Virus record (IMG/VR): IMGVR_UViG_3300048672_000503
Span: 1 to 58,070 of that record
Origin: a virus
Taxonomy: Duplodnaviria; Caudoviricetes
Strand: one strand, 5' to 3'
DNA length: 58,070 nt
In this document: positions 9,023 to 19,498 of the stretch, in pieces
How positions within the stretch are numbered: position 1 is the stretch's first letter
Layout of the letters: each line of letters opens with the position of its first letter
Notes under the pieces: generated by a model
What the model saw: the letters and a program-made list of their open reading frames with translations, nothing else
Database searches by the model: none
Told to the model about the DNA's origin: nothing
Position numbers and translations under genes: made by a program

Positions 9023-10522
9023 ATGACAAAATCAACCTTACCAATCACCCGTTTAGTCAATGTTAGTGTCAATTTGGCACCAAATGCTGCTCAAATTCAA
9101 AATATAAATACATTGATGATCTTAGGAACATCAACTGTCATAGATATTATCGAAAGATACCGTGTGTATAGTTCAATATCTCAGGTAGCATCTGACTTTG
9201 GAACATCAGCAGAAGAATATTTGACAGCGGTTTTGTGGTTTGAACAACAACCACAGCCAACAAGTTTGCTAATTGGCCGGTGGGCAAAAACTTCAACAGC
9301 TGGAAAATTAATCGGCGGCGCAGTATCGGCAGCCAATCAATTAATAACTGCTTGGACTGGAATAACCACAGGATCATTGAAAGTATCAACTGATGGTGTG
9401 TTGCGCACATTGACTGGCATGAGTTTTGCAGCACAAACCAACTTGAATGGCGTTGCTTCTGTCATCCAGACTGCATTGCGTGCGGCTTCTTCATTGACTG
9501 AAACAGTAGTTTGGAACTCAACTTTTCAAAGATTTGAAATTACATCAGCAACAACTGGCGCATCATCAACAATTTCATTCCTGACTGCGGCTGGCTCTGG
9601 CGTTGACATTTCAGGGATGCTGGCTGGCCTGTCAACTTCTTCTGGTGCTTATGTCGCCAATGGCATAGTTTCTGAAAGCGCACTTGAAGCCGCCACTTTG
9701 TTTGATAACAATTATGGCCAGACTTGGTACGGTTTGCAAATTCCGGCAGCATCGGATTCTGATCACCAAGCAGTCGGGTCATTTGTTGAAGCAGCAACTT
9801 CAAAACATACATATTGGGTAAGTACAACAGCATCAGGTGTAATATCATCAGCAAGCACAACAGATATTGCTTATCTAATGAAGCAACTGAGCTTGAATCG
9901 CTCAATGGTTCAATATTCAAGCACAAATGCGTATGCATCCGCTTCACTGGCTGCCAAGGCATTGACGATTGATTACAATGGAAACAACACTGTAATTGAT
10001 TTAATGTATAAGCAAGAGCCAGGAATAACAGCAGAAAATCTCAATACAACTCAGATAACTGCGCTTGAAGCAAAGAATGCTAATGTTTTCTTGGCTTACA
10101 ACAATGATACTGCGATAATCGAAAAAGGTAATGCAACAAGTGGTGTGCCAATTGACATAATCACTGGAACTGATTGGTTGTCTTTGGTTGTCCAAACAGA
10201 AGTTTATAATTTGTTGTATTTGAGTGCTACCAAAATACCACAGACGGATGCTGGGAACCACATGATTTTGACAACCATCGAATCGGTGCTATCTCAAGCT
10301 GTTGCTAATGGATTGCTTGCCCCTGGAGTTTGGACATCAGGTGGCTTTGGTGCTTTGTCTACTGGCGATTATATGCCAAAGGGTTTTTATGTTTATGCAC
10401 CACCCATAGTAACTCAATTATCGGCAGATCGTTCTGCAAGAAAATCAGTGACGTTCCAAATAGCTGCAAAATTAGCTGGCGCAATACGCACAGTCGATAT
10501 AATCATCAACGTAAACAGATAA
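9023..10522 (+). CDS. Tail sheath protein (DUF3383 type)
   Basis: 499 aa; V..DFG....EY..A..WF.Q.PQP..L.IGRW, KIPQTDAG, AGAI..V.I motifs. Confidence 0.9.
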   Translation: MTKSTLPITRLVNVSVNLAPNAAQIQNINTLMILGTSTVIDIIERYRVYSSISQVASDFGTSAEEYLTAVLWFEQQPQPTSLLIGRWAKTSTAGKLIGGAVSAANQLITAWTGITTGSLKVSTDGVLRTLTGMSFAAQTNLNGVASVIQTALRAASSLTETVVWNSTFQRFEITSATTGASSTISFLTAAGSGVDISGMLAGLSTSSGAYVANGIVSESALEAATLFDNNYGQTWYGLQIPAASDSDHQAVGSFVEAATSKHTYWVSTTASGVISSASTTDIAYLMKQLSLNRSMVQYSSTNAYASASLAAKALTIDYNGNNTVIDLMYKQEPGITAENLNTTQITALEAKNANVFLAYNNDTAIIEKGNATSGVPIDIITGTDWLSLVVQTEVYNLLYLSATKIPQTDAGNHMILTTIESVLSQAVANGLLAPGVWTSGGFGALSTGDYMPKGFYVYAPPIVTQLSADRSARKSVTFQIAAKLAGAIRTVDIIINVNR

Positions 10523-10531
10523 GAGATAACA

Positions 10532-10975
10532 ATGTCTACATATTCATTTTTAAACACTCACTGTGCCATAGTTGGCCCAGGCGGGGCAATCAATCTTGGT
10601 GCTGGCGCATCGGTATCCGATGAAGGCATTACACTTGAGCCAAATGACGATATTAACCAGATGACTATTGCAGCAGATGGAACTGTCATGCATTCACTTG
10701 GCACAAATAAGTCAAGAACAATCACTATAAGACTTTTAAAGACATCAGCAACAAACCAAAAGTTGTCTGCTATGTATGCATTCCAAACGGCCAGTGCTGC
10801 TAATCATGGTGTGAATACAATAAGCCTTTCAAATTCACAAACACAAGATGTCATTACATGTCAGCAAGTAGCATTCAAACGTGCTGTGCCATTAACATAT
10901 GGCAAAGACGGTGGCATGAATGAATGGACTTTTGATGCCGCAATTGTTGATGTTACTCTTGGTGGTAATGTATAA
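10532..10975 (+). CDS. Tail tube protein (DUF3277 type)
   Basis: TYSF start, ADG..MHS, TIRLLKTS..N..L; follows sheath. Confidence 0.85.
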   Translation: MSTYSFLNTHCAIVGPGGAINLGAGASVSDEGITLEPNDDINQMTIAADGTVMHSLGTNKSRTITIRLLKTSATNQKLSAMYAFQTASAANHGVNTISLSNSQTQDVITCQQVAFKRAVPLTYGKDGGMNEWTFDAAIVDVTLGGNV

Positions 10976-10978
10976 ATC

Positions 10979-11347
10979 ATGAACCCACAATATCAAGTAT
11001 CTGGAAAGTTGAATGTCTTTGATCAACTCAATATAGCACGCAAGTTGTCACCTGCATTGGCTCTTGTTGATGCAGTCGTACGACAAGAAAATGAAGGGAA
11101 AGAAAAAGGTGTGTTGATTGTCATGGCATTGGGTATGCTATCTGATGAAAGCAGCAAATTCATTGTTGAAAAGTGCATGTCGTTGATAACTCGCATTGGT
11201 GCTGATGGAACGGTTGCAAGAATATTTGTAAATGGAAATTTGATGTTTGATGATATGACACTGACTGATTTGACAGATTTGACTGCAAAGGTTATTGAGG
11301 ACAATCTGTCAAATTTTTTGAATACCGCACTACCCAATACAAACTAA
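10979..11347 (+). CDS. Tail assembly chaperone (G-like)
   Basis: KLNVFDQLNIARKL; between tube and tape measure. Confidence 0.75.
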   Translation: MNPQYQVSGKLNVFDQLNIARKLSPALALVDAVVRQENEGKEKGVLIVMALGMLSDESSKFIVEKCMSLITRIGADGTVARIFVNGNLMFDDMTLTDLTDLTAKVIEDNLSNFLNTALPNTN

Positions 11348-11544
11348 GCACAAACAATAGTAGTGCGGTGTCACTGGTTTCTATGTCCAGTGAAGAAGAT
11401 TATTTATTCAGACCGATTTTAAATGGCTTGTGTCATTATGAATCCCTAAAAAACGGCACTTTAGATTTGCTGGATATTGCAAAAATGAATGAAGCACTTG
11501 ATGTTCAATCAGAAAATCAAAACATAATACGGAATATGAAATGA
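11314..11544 (+). CDS. -1 frameshift extension of tail chaperone (T-like); internal ATG at 11383
   Basis: Slippery T TTT TTG at 11314-11320; the -1 frame is open to TGA 11542-11544 (..YLFRPILNGLCHYESLKNGTLDLLDIAKMNEALD..); absent from the ORF track. Confidence 0.7.
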   Translation, partial: FFEYRTTQYKLSTNNSSAVSLVSMSSEEDYLFRPILNGLCHYESLKNGTLDLLDIAKMNEALDVQSENQNIIRNMK

Positions 11545-11765
11545 CAAAGCACATACACATACATATTGGCACAAAAGACTCTGATCCAATTTCATCCAAG
11601 GGGAAAACACCTGATGAAATAAAGATTGAAAAACGTGATGACAAACGTGTTTTATCCCAAGTGTCTCAATCATTGAAGCAACTATCTTATTTTGCAATGC
11701 AGAATGGCGCAAAAGACATTGAACGTGCTATTGATAAATTATTTGACAAAATAGACGATAGATAA
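11541..11765 (+). CDS. Small protein with HIHIH..TKD leader
   Basis: MTKHIHIHIGTKDS; ATGA-coupled to upstream stop. Confidence 0.7.
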   Translation: MTKHIHIHIGTKDSDPISSKGKTPDEIKIEKRDDKRVLSQVSQSLKQLSYFAMQNGAKDIERAIDKLFDKIDDR

Positions 11766-11767
11766 TT

Positions 11768-13162
11768 ATGTCTAGTAACGTTCTTCAAGAATATTTAATT
11801 CGTTTAGGATATCAAGTTGATGCCATTGGTTTTAGACGCTTTGACCAAAACCTGACTGGTGCTTCAAAGAGAATATTCCAAGTTGGTGCTGGCATAACAG
11901 GAATTGTTGCTGCCACTGGTGCTGCATCTGCTGCTTTTGCTTACAACATGCGCAAGATGTATTTCACATCTGAGTTGGCAAACTCCACTGTCAAAAACCT
12001 AAAAGGCATGGAATATGCCGCTGAGCAGGTTGGCATATCGGGTGATTCGATGACTGGAAGCATCCAAGCAATGGCTCAACAACTTCGATTATTCCCTAAC
12101 TTGGCAACATATCTAAACAATATGGGGATTGAGACAGCAGGGAAAACAACAGATGAAATATTGCTTGGATTGGTGAATAGATTAAAAGAGTTACAAGCAA
12201 CACAAGGCATGACCCAAGCAACAGCAGCTGGAATTGCAAGTTTATTTGGAATATCAGAAGAAGATTATCATCAAATGGCACTACATGCTGATGTGATGAA
12301 AGGCAAAGTTGATGAATTGGATGCAACATGGAAGAAACTCAACATAAACATGGAAGAAAACAAAGACACCATAACTGATTATACAGCAAGATTGAGCAAA
12401 TTAGGGATGATTGCTGAGGCAGTTGGCACAAAGTTTTTGACCTATATTGCACCTTGGTTCAATGAAAAGATAAAAACATCAGAAGAATTTTTAGGTGGAA
12501 TATCACGTGGTGTTGATTCCGGTTTTAATGATAAATGGTGGCACTCAAACATTTTTACTGGTGAAGATAAGTCCAAGCAAGCACAAAATGTAAAAAACCA
12601 AACAAATGATTTTATCAAAAAAGGCACAGAAGGTGCTGCAAGTTATTTAAAGAAAGTAAGCAGTCAATATGGTTTGCCAGAAAACTTCATGTATAAGGTT
12701 TTTGGAATTGAATCAGCATATGGATCACAACTAAACAGCTCAGCTGGAGCACAAGGCCCATTCCAATTTATGCCAGGAACTGCAAAAGACATGGGGCTGA
12801 AAAATCCCTATGATTTTGAGGAATCTGCAAATGCATCGGCAAAAATGTATGCTAGGCTGTCTAAAAAATACAATGGTGATCTTGGATTAGCATCGGGTGC
12901 TTACAATTGGGGAGAGGGGAATATTGATTCATGGCTGAAAACTGGCAAAGGCATAAAAGGTCAGGCAATGCCAGAAGAGACAAGGCTCTATATGCAAAAA
13001 TTAGGGACTGATGGAAGTCAATCATCGAATCAAACCATAACAAACAACAATACGTTTAATATAACAGGCAATGATTCAAAACAAATAGCAGATTCAGTTG
13101 CGCAAAAGCAAGATCGAGTCAACGCAAATACGGCCAGACAAATGCAAGTGATACACAAATGA
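11768..13162 (+). CDS. Tape measure protein with C-terminal lytic transglycosylase domain
   Basis: EYLIRLGY start, helical body, SLT motifs IES, GPFQFMPGTA, AYNWGEG. Confidence 0.85.
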   Translation: MSSNVLQEYLIRLGYQVDAIGFRRFDQNLTGASKRIFQVGAGITGIVAATGAASAAFAYNMRKMYFTSELANSTVKNLKGMEYAAEQVGISGDSMTGSIQAMAQQLRLFPNLATYLNNMGIETAGKTTDEILLGLVNRLKELQATQGMTQATAAGIASLFGISEEDYHQMALHADVMKGKVDELDATWKKLNINMEENKDTITDYTARLSKLGMIAEAVGTKFLTYIAPWFNEKIKTSEEFLGGISRGVDSGFNDKWWHSNIFTGEDKSKQAQNVKNQTNDFIKKGTEGAASYLKKVSSQYGLPENFMYKVFGIESAYGSQLNSSAGAQGPFQFMPGTAKDMGLKNPYDFEESANASAKMYARLSKKYNGDLGLASGAYNWGEGNIDSWLKTGKGIKGQAMPEETRLYMQKLGTDGSQSSNQTITNNNTFNITGNDSKQIADSVAQKQDRVNANTARQMQVIHK

Positions 13163-13848
13163 GCATAGCACCTATACTACAAGCAGGGCAACTCGCAGCA
13201 CAACTCATAATGTTGAAGCCAAAACGCGGCTTGTATGATGTTAAAGTTTCCAAAGACAAGCAAGATGTTTCATTACCGGATATAATTGCACCAGCCACGA
13301 TCGAAGAAAAACATTTTGATAGATTGGAGTTGACTTGTCATCCAATAGAACAAGGTGCTGCAATAACAGATCATGCATTTGCAAACCCACCTGAAATATT
13401 TTTGCGGCTTGGGTGGTCGAATAGCAGCATTCCGTCACAGCAATTGGCAGCTGCTGATATAGCCGCTGCATGGGCTGCTGCTGTTGGTGGCAACGTTGGA
13501 AAGGCAGTTGGTGGTGTGGTTGGTGCTGCCCAGGCTGGCTATAATCTATTACAAGTATCAAGCACAAGCAAAGTCATTGAGGCATATAACGCAATATTAC
13601 AGATGTATTTTAGTCGTGCTGTTTTTACATTGTACACTGGCAAAAGAGTCTATGAAAATGTAATTTGCAAGATGGTTGCTACTGAAACAGATTACACAAT
13701 GGAAAATTCATTGATAATCGCAATGGAGTGCCAACAACTTTTACTTGTCAACACGACAACAAGAGATTTGCCAATCAACAAACAAAAACAGCCAGAATCA
13801 ACAACAGCTCCAATTAATCGTGGAACACAGCAAGCAAGGGAATTATAA
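13159..13848 (+). CDS. Tail tube initiator / Dit-like protein
   Basis: EEKH.D.L..T.HPIEQGA.ITDHA and TGKRVYEN motifs. Confidence 0.75.
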   Translation: MSIAPILQAGQLAAQLIMLKPKRGLYDVKVSKDKQDVSLPDIIAPATIEEKHFDRLELTCHPIEQGAAITDHAFANPPEIFLRLGWSNSSIPSQQLAAADIAAAWAAAVGGNVGKAVGGVVGAAQAGYNLLQVSSTSKVIEAYNAILQMYFSRAVFTLYTGKRVYENVICKMVATETDYTMENSLIIAMECQQLLLVNTTTRDLPINKQKQPESTTAPINRGTQQAREL

Positions 13849-14243
13849 TGCCTTTTATTTTTGTTGAATCACCGCCAATTCCAACGATCATTGTTGAGTC
13901 AGGATTTCCAACAACAGAAGCTGCTATTGTCAAAGAAAAATTGTATGAATTGCCATTGATAGCACAACAGCAATCTTTAAGAATAAGTTTGGGTGGTGTA
14001 TATTACAATATATCTGTTGAGTGGAATGAATCAAGTTCAAATTGGAATATAAATCTATCAGATGATAATGGCTTGTCAATATTAAATAGCATACCATTAT
14101 TGACATGTGCCAATATACTTGAGCAATTTGACTATTTGAGGCTTGGTGGGAATCTGAGAATAACTGTTGATTCTGATAACACATCAAACCCAACATATAA
14201 TGATCTTGGGCAGACAAGTCATGTCTACTTTGTAACATCATGA
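13848..14243 (+). CDS. Baseplate-associated small protein
   Basis: IPLLT.ANILEQF, PTYNDLG..SHVYF; position. Confidence 0.7.
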   Translation: MPFIFVESPPIPTIIVESGFPTTEAAIVKEKLYELPLIAQQQSLRISLGGVYYNISVEWNESSSNWNINLSDDNGLSILNSIPLLTCANILEQFDYLRLGGNLRITVDSDNTSNPTYNDLGQTSHVYFVTS

Positions 14244-15187
14244 TAAGCAATCAATGGTTGAGAAAAGTTGGATTGTTTGTGTTTTCTGATAAAAACGCAA
14301 TTGATCTTTCAGATTTCCATATTAGATTTGAAGTTTGTAATGGTGATTATGCATCACCCAATAATTGCGCAATAAGAATTTACAATTTATCAAAAGACAC
14401 AATAACAAAGCTCACAAAAAACAGCGAGTATAAATCAATAACTCTTAATGCTGGTTATGAATCTGGCAATTATGGTGTTATATTTTCAGGGACAATAAAG
14501 CAATTTAGAATCGGAAAAGAAAGCAATATTGATTCTTATTTGGATATATTATCGGCAGATGGTGACGCAGCATACAACCAGTCATTTATGAATCAGACAT
14601 TTGCCAAAGGCTATACACAAAAAGATGTAATAGATGCTGCAGCAAAATCAATGGGACTTCCAGTTGATTATGGTGGTTTGAAGCAAGATGCACAACACAG
14701 AGTTGTCCCAAACCCACGCGGCAAGGTATCATTTGGCATGAGCCGTGCATTCATGCGAAATGCAGCAACAGTTTTGGATAGTTCATGGTCTATTCAAAAT
14801 GGCAAAATCCAAGTGACAAGCAACAAAGGATATTTGGACAATGATGTTGTAAAGATAAATTCACAAACAGGGATGATAGGGATTCCAGAGCAGACTGATG
14901 AGGGAATACGTGTTAAGTGCTTGTTAAATAGTCGATTGAGAATTGGAAATTTAGTTGAAATAGACAATTCAGCAATAAATGTGCTTCAACAGGCGGACCC
15001 AAATTCACCAACAGTTCCATATGACAGCAACTATGGTCAAATTCAAAATTTAGCACCGCTGTCTGATGATGGGACATATAGAATATTTGTTGTTGAGCAC
15101 GAGGGTGATAACAGAGGACAGCAATGGTATAGCAATCTTGTTGGGCTAGCTATTGATAGAACAAGCAAAACGGTGTTGGCAAAATAA
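14240..15187 (+). CDS. Baseplate hub protein
   Basis: IRIYNLS, LNAGY, WSIQNG, GMIGIPEQT motifs. Confidence 0.8.
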   Translation: MISNQWLRKVGLFVFSDKNAIDLSDFHIRFEVCNGDYASPNNCAIRIYNLSKDTITKLTKNSEYKSITLNAGYESGNYGVIFSGTIKQFRIGKESNIDSYLDILSADGDAAYNQSFMNQTFAKGYTQKDVIDAAAKSMGLPVDYGGLKQDAQHRVVPNPRGKVSFGMSRAFMRNAATVLDSSWSIQNGKIQVTSNKGYLDNDVVKINSQTGMIGIPEQTDEGIRVKCLLNSRLRIGNLVEIDNSAINVLQQADPNSPTVPYDSNYGQIQNLAPLSDDGTYRIFVVEHEGDNRGQQWYSNLVGLAIDRTSKTVLAK

Positions 15188-15846
15188 TGGACAGAATAGA
15201 ACGAATTGAACATCCACAAGAATCTTTAATGAGAGCATTAACTGGCTGGCAAACTGAGCTTTGGACGGCACTACCAGGTATTGTGCAATCTTTTGACCCT
15301 GTTGAAATGACTGTTTCAGTACAACCTTCAATTCAAGCACAAATAGAAAACAAGGAGACTGGTGAAACATCATGGGTTAATTTGCCAATTTTGGTTGATG
15401 TCCCAGTAGTCATTCAAAGTGCTGGTGGAATGTCTATAACCATTCCAATCAAAAAAGATGATGAATGTTTGGTTGTTTTTTCAAGTAGGTGCATTGACTC
15501 ATGGTGGCAACAAGGTGGCGTGCAATCACAAAATGAATTTAGGCTGCATGATCTTTCTGATGGCTTTGCATTTATTGGTCCAAAATCAGTTCCAAATGCG
15601 ATCTCAAATTACAGCACCACATCATTGCAAATACGAAACAGTAGCGGTGCAGTTAAAATAGATATAAACCCAACATCGGAAAAGGTTATAATAACGACAT
15701 CAGAACTCACCATAAATGGCAATGTCAAGATAAATGGCAATGTTGAAACAGTTGGCACTTTGAAGAACAACTCTCATGATGTTGGGTCAACTCATATGCA
15801 TAGTGATGTTACAACAGGCTCAAGCAACACAGGATTGCCACTATGA
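15187..15846 (+). CDS. Baseplate central spike (Gp138 type)
   Basis: TALPGIVQSFD, ECLVVFSSRCIDSWW, HDLSDGF and C-terminal HxH (THMH). Confidence 0.85.
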   Translation: MDRIERIEHPQESLMRALTGWQTELWTALPGIVQSFDPVEMTVSVQPSIQAQIENKETGETSWVNLPILVDVPVVIQSAGGMSITIPIKKDDECLVVFSSRCIDSWWQQGGVQSQNEFRLHDLSDGFAFIGPKSVPNAISNYSTTSLQIRNSSGAVKIDINPTSEKVIITTSELTINGNVKINGNVETVGTLKNNSHDVGSTHMHSDVTTGSSNTGLPL

Positions 15847-16277
15847 AATATAGAAAATTAGATCAAAATGGTGATATGAGTTTCGGCAATGCCATCCTTG
15901 ATTTTTATGTTGACATTCCTGAAGCAGTTGCCCAGGCTGTCTTGACTAGATTGAAGTTGTGGCAAGGCGAATGGTTCATTGACACAGAAGCTGGTGTGCC
16001 ATACAACACAAGGGTTATTGGTTTTGGAAATACATTTATTTATGACTATGTTCTGAAATCAACCATATTACAAACCAAAGGCGTCAACTCAATAAAAGAA
16101 TATTCCAGTTTTATAGATCAAAACCGCAATGCGAAGGTGTCTGTTGTTATTGACACGATTTATGGATTATTTTCAATAAACAACTTCACAGAAAATAATG
16201 ATGCAAAATATTCTGGAGACAATTTGGAGCATTGGAACATTGGCTATTGGGATGCAATTAATAGGCGATGGAATTAA
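15843..16277 (+). CDS. Baseplate wedge initiator (gp25/W-like)
   Basis: YRKLD..GD..FG, TRLKLWQGEWF.D...G.PY, TIYG motifs. Confidence 0.8.
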   Translation: MKYRKLDQNGDMSFGNAILDFYVDIPEAVAQAVLTRLKLWQGEWFIDTEAGVPYNTRVIGFGNTFIYDYVLKSTILQTKGVNSIKEYSSFIDQNRNAKVSVVIDTIYGLFSINNFTENNDAKYSGDNLEHWNIGYWDAINRRWN

Positions 16278-16299
16278 GCAATAATAAAACAGGATTAAT

Positions 16300-18306
16300 A
16301 TGACAAGCACAATAAATGACACACTGCCAACTGATGGTTCTTTTCTTGATCCATCAGTTGTGCGTGCCAGATTCACAGAAGCAAAGAATGATATTAATGC
16401 ATTGAGCACAACTTTGTCATCTTTTGGAATATCAAAAGTTGCTCTTTTGAATGACATCAGATCATTAGATAAGACACAAATAAGCATGGCACAAACTGCA
16501 GGCTATTGGTCAAAAGGTGATGGTGGAGCAGGCCAGTATTGGTATGATTCAACTGACACTTCAAGCTCTGATAACGGTGGCTCTGTTATTGTTGCATCAG
16601 ATGGTGGACGATGGAAATTAATTAATGGTGGATCAGTCAGCATAAGGCAATTTGGTGCCAAATGCGATGGCACTACAGATGATACTGCTAAAATTCAGGC
16701 GGCATTAACTGCTTTTACTGGAAAAATTGTTAATTGGGACGGAAAGCCATACATAGCAACATCAATAACACTGCCAACTGGAACAACATTAAAAGGCCCA
16801 TTAACTAATGTTGGCGAGGTATCAAGTCATACTTATAACCTTAATGGCACTATATTTTTAAATTCAGCAGCAACCATTAACATTGGTGACTTTGCCAGCG
16901 TTGAAGGGGGATTTATACTCAATAGTGCGCTTAAATCATCATTGCCATTTGCTAATGACACAGTAGCATTAGCGGCATTGGCGGCTTATGCTGGTACGGC
17001 ATTGACTGGCACTGGTCAAGATGCTCAAGTGCGTGATGTTTGGGTCGGTGGTTTTGCACAGGGTTACTATTCAACCGGCAAAGAACGGACAAAGATTCAA
17101 AGACTAAATATTGACTGTACTAATGGAGTCTGGATCGATGCATCTTACGACATTGCAAGGGTTGAAGATGTCCATTGCTGGGCATTTATTACCACTCATC
17201 AAGGGGCTTTGACAAATGTAACATATAGACGACAAGGTTCAGCATTTAAAACTACCACACACTTTGATGGTGGGATGTTTATTAATTGCTTTAGTTATGG
17301 ATGGGACATCGGTTATGACATTCAGGCAAAAGAATCAACATCGTTAATAAGTTGTTATGCTGATGGGCCTGGTCTTGGTGCTGGTCAGGTTGGCTTTAAG
17401 TTTACTGTTGATGCTGACATGATACGTGTTGTAGGAGGTGGATCATCAGGACAGGATACTGGAGTTTATCTCAATACTAACATAACATCAACAACAGGTG
17501 TCGTTGCATTAACTGGCTTGTCAATGTGGGGAAATCATGCTCACATAGTTTCTGACCAACATCATATATTACAGGTCAGCGATTGCTTATTGCGCGATAC
17601 AAATGGTGGAACTAATCGTGCATTGACACTTTCTGGCACTGTGACTGGTGACACATTAGTATCTGGATGTGTGTTCTATAGCAATACTCCATACTCAATA
17701 GCGGCTGGGATCCCAGATAGAAGATTGTCTCTAAAAGACAATATCTTTGATGCATCAACGGATAGTGTTGGTGAACGCCATGTTGGAGACAATGGCAGCA
17801 ACAACTTAAACTATTCTGTGTACTCATCCGGTACAGGTGGAATTAATTATATTGTAAACAAAGCCAGGGGGACAGCAACAATTCCAACTGTTGCGCAAGA
17901 TAATGATATCACCTATTCATTCACTGGGAAAGTTTTTGATGGGACATCATTTAGTGACATATCAAACATTCGCAGTTCATCACGCGGAGCCCCTTCCGTT
18001 GGAAGTTCAGCTGGTGCCATTATTTTTGGCACCACTTCAACTGGATCGGCAACAATATCAGATAGACTTATTTTAAACGAAGATGGTCACTTATATCCAA
18101 CATCTGACAATGCTTATTTTTGCGGCGTCTCAGTTGGCAGATGGCAAAACATCAATAGTGTTAATTTAACACTGACTCCACCAGCAAGCGTAACGCCAGC
18201 AAATAATGGCGAGGTAACATTCCAACTTACTGATAACACGCATCTTGTCATTAAAGTAAAAGGCTCTGATGGCACTGTCCGCAGTAATACACTTACATTA
18301 GCATAG
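16300..18306 (+). CDS. Tailspike / depolymerase (parallel beta-helix)
   Basis: GYW..GDGGAG..DNGG..GRW head domain followed by FGAKCDGTTDDT.KIQAA pectate-lyase-3-like start. Confidence 0.8.
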   Translation: MTSTINDTLPTDGSFLDPSVVRARFTEAKNDINALSTTLSSFGISKVALLNDIRSLDKTQISMAQTAGYWSKGDGGAGQYWYDSTDTSSSDNGGSVIVASDGGRWKLINGGSVSIRQFGAKCDGTTDDTAKIQAALTAFTGKIVNWDGKPYIATSITLPTGTTLKGPLTNVGEVSSHTYNLNGTIFLNSAATINIGDFASVEGGFILNSALKSSLPFANDTVALAALAAYAGTALTGTGQDAQVRDVWVGGFAQGYYSTGKERTKIQRLNIDCTNGVWIDASYDIARVEDVHCWAFITTHQGALTNVTYRRQGSAFKTTTHFDGGMFINCFSYGWDIGYDIQAKESTSLISCYADGPGLGAGQVGFKFTVDADMIRVVGGGSSGQDTGVYLNTNITSTTGVVALTGLSMWGNHAHIVSDQHHILQVSDCLLRDTNGGTNRALTLSGTVTGDTLVSGCVFYSNTPYSIAAGIPDRRLSLKDNIFDASTDSVGERHVGDNGSNNLNYSVYSSGTGGINYIVNKARGTATIPTVAQDNDITYSFTGKVFDGTSFSDISNIRSSSRGAPSVGSSAGAIIFGTTSTGSATISDRLILNEDGHLYPTSDNAYFCGVSVGRWQNINSVNLTLTPPASVTPANNGEVTFQLTDNTHLVIKVKGSDGTVRSNTLTLA

Positions 18307-18313
18307 GCTTAGT

Positions 18314-19498
18314 ATGACTTATCCATTGCCAACCCTAGCACCAACTATTGATTCCTTTGGGATATCAATCCCAACATACTTTGATGTATTTTCAAGTCTG
18401 CAAGAGTCTTTTAAGCAAATTTATGGCTCAGACATCTATATTGAACCTGATTCACAAGATGGTCAGTGGATCGGGATAATGGCAAAAGCCATTCATGATA
18501 GCAATCAAGTTGCACAATATTTATTTCAGTCTTTTTCACCAACATTTTCACAAGGTGCTGAGTTATCATCACTGGTAAAAATCAATGGCATATCAAGAGC
18601 AAACAGTGGTTATTCCGAGGCAATTGGTGACATAATCGGGGTTGCTGGCACAATAATACATGAAGGTGTTGTGCAAGATCAAGATGGCAATTATTGGAAT
18701 CTTCCGTTGGCGACAACAATACCAATAGGTGGTTTGATAACTGTCCGTGTGAATGCTCAAAAACCAGGGGCAATTTCAGCACCTATTGGCACAATAAATA
18801 AGATTGCCAATCCACAATTGGGTTGGCAATCATTTTCTAATACATCAGCAGCAACAGTGGGTGCAGCTGTCGAAAGTGATCAACAATTAAAAGCAAGACA
18901 AAAAATCAGTGTTTCTTTACCATCACAAAGCACCTTGACAGGTATTTTAAGTGCTGTAGGTAATGTTCCTGGTGTTATTCGATTTTCTGCTGTTGAAAAT
19001 GACACCAACAGCACCGATTCTAATGGTCTTCCACCACATTCATTTGCTGTTATTGCTGAAGGTGGAACTGTATTTGATGTTGTTTCTGCAATCGCACTGA
19101 AGAAAATGCCTGGTGCTCAAACAGTTGGCAACACTGGGATGGTGGTTTATGATGCATTTGGAATGCCAATTGATATAAAATATTATTTATTAGCAAACAT
19201 AAATATTTATTTTGAGATAACAATCAAAGCATTAACTGGATATTCAACATCAATAACAACAATGATTAAAACTGCTTTGATGAATTTTATTGAGTCGCTT
19301 GATATCGGTGAAGATGTTTATTTATCACAAGCAATGGCAGCAGCATCGTTAAATGGCAAACCAGAAGGACAAACCTTTTATATTGACACTTTGCACCAAG
19401 GTTTTGCAGCTCATCCATCTGGATCAAGCAATTTGACAATCACATTTAATCAAGCTGCAAATTGTGACTTATCATTTATAAATATTACAGTAATATGA
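18314..19498 (+). CDS. Baseplate J-like wedge protein
   Basis: DSQDGQWI, ESD.QL.ARQ, ENDT..TDSNGLPPHS motifs. Confidence 0.9.
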   Translation: MTYPLPTLAPTIDSFGISIPTYFDVFSSLQESFKQIYGSDIYIEPDSQDGQWIGIMAKAIHDSNQVAQYLFQSFSPTFSQGAELSSLVKINGISRANSGYSEAIGDIIGVAGTIIHEGVVQDQDGNYWNLPLATTIPIGGLITVRVNAQKPGAISAPIGTINKIANPQLGWQSFSNTSAATVGAAVESDQQLKARQKISVSLPSQSTLTGILSAVGNVPGVIRFSAVENDTNSTDSNGLPPHSFAVIAEGGTVFDVVSAIALKKMPGAQTVGNTGMVVYDAFGMPIDIKYYLLANINIYFEITIKALTGYSTSITTMIKTALMNFIESLDIGEDVYLSQAMAAASLNGKPEGQTFYIDTLHQGFAAHPSGSSNLTITFNQAANCDLSFINITVI

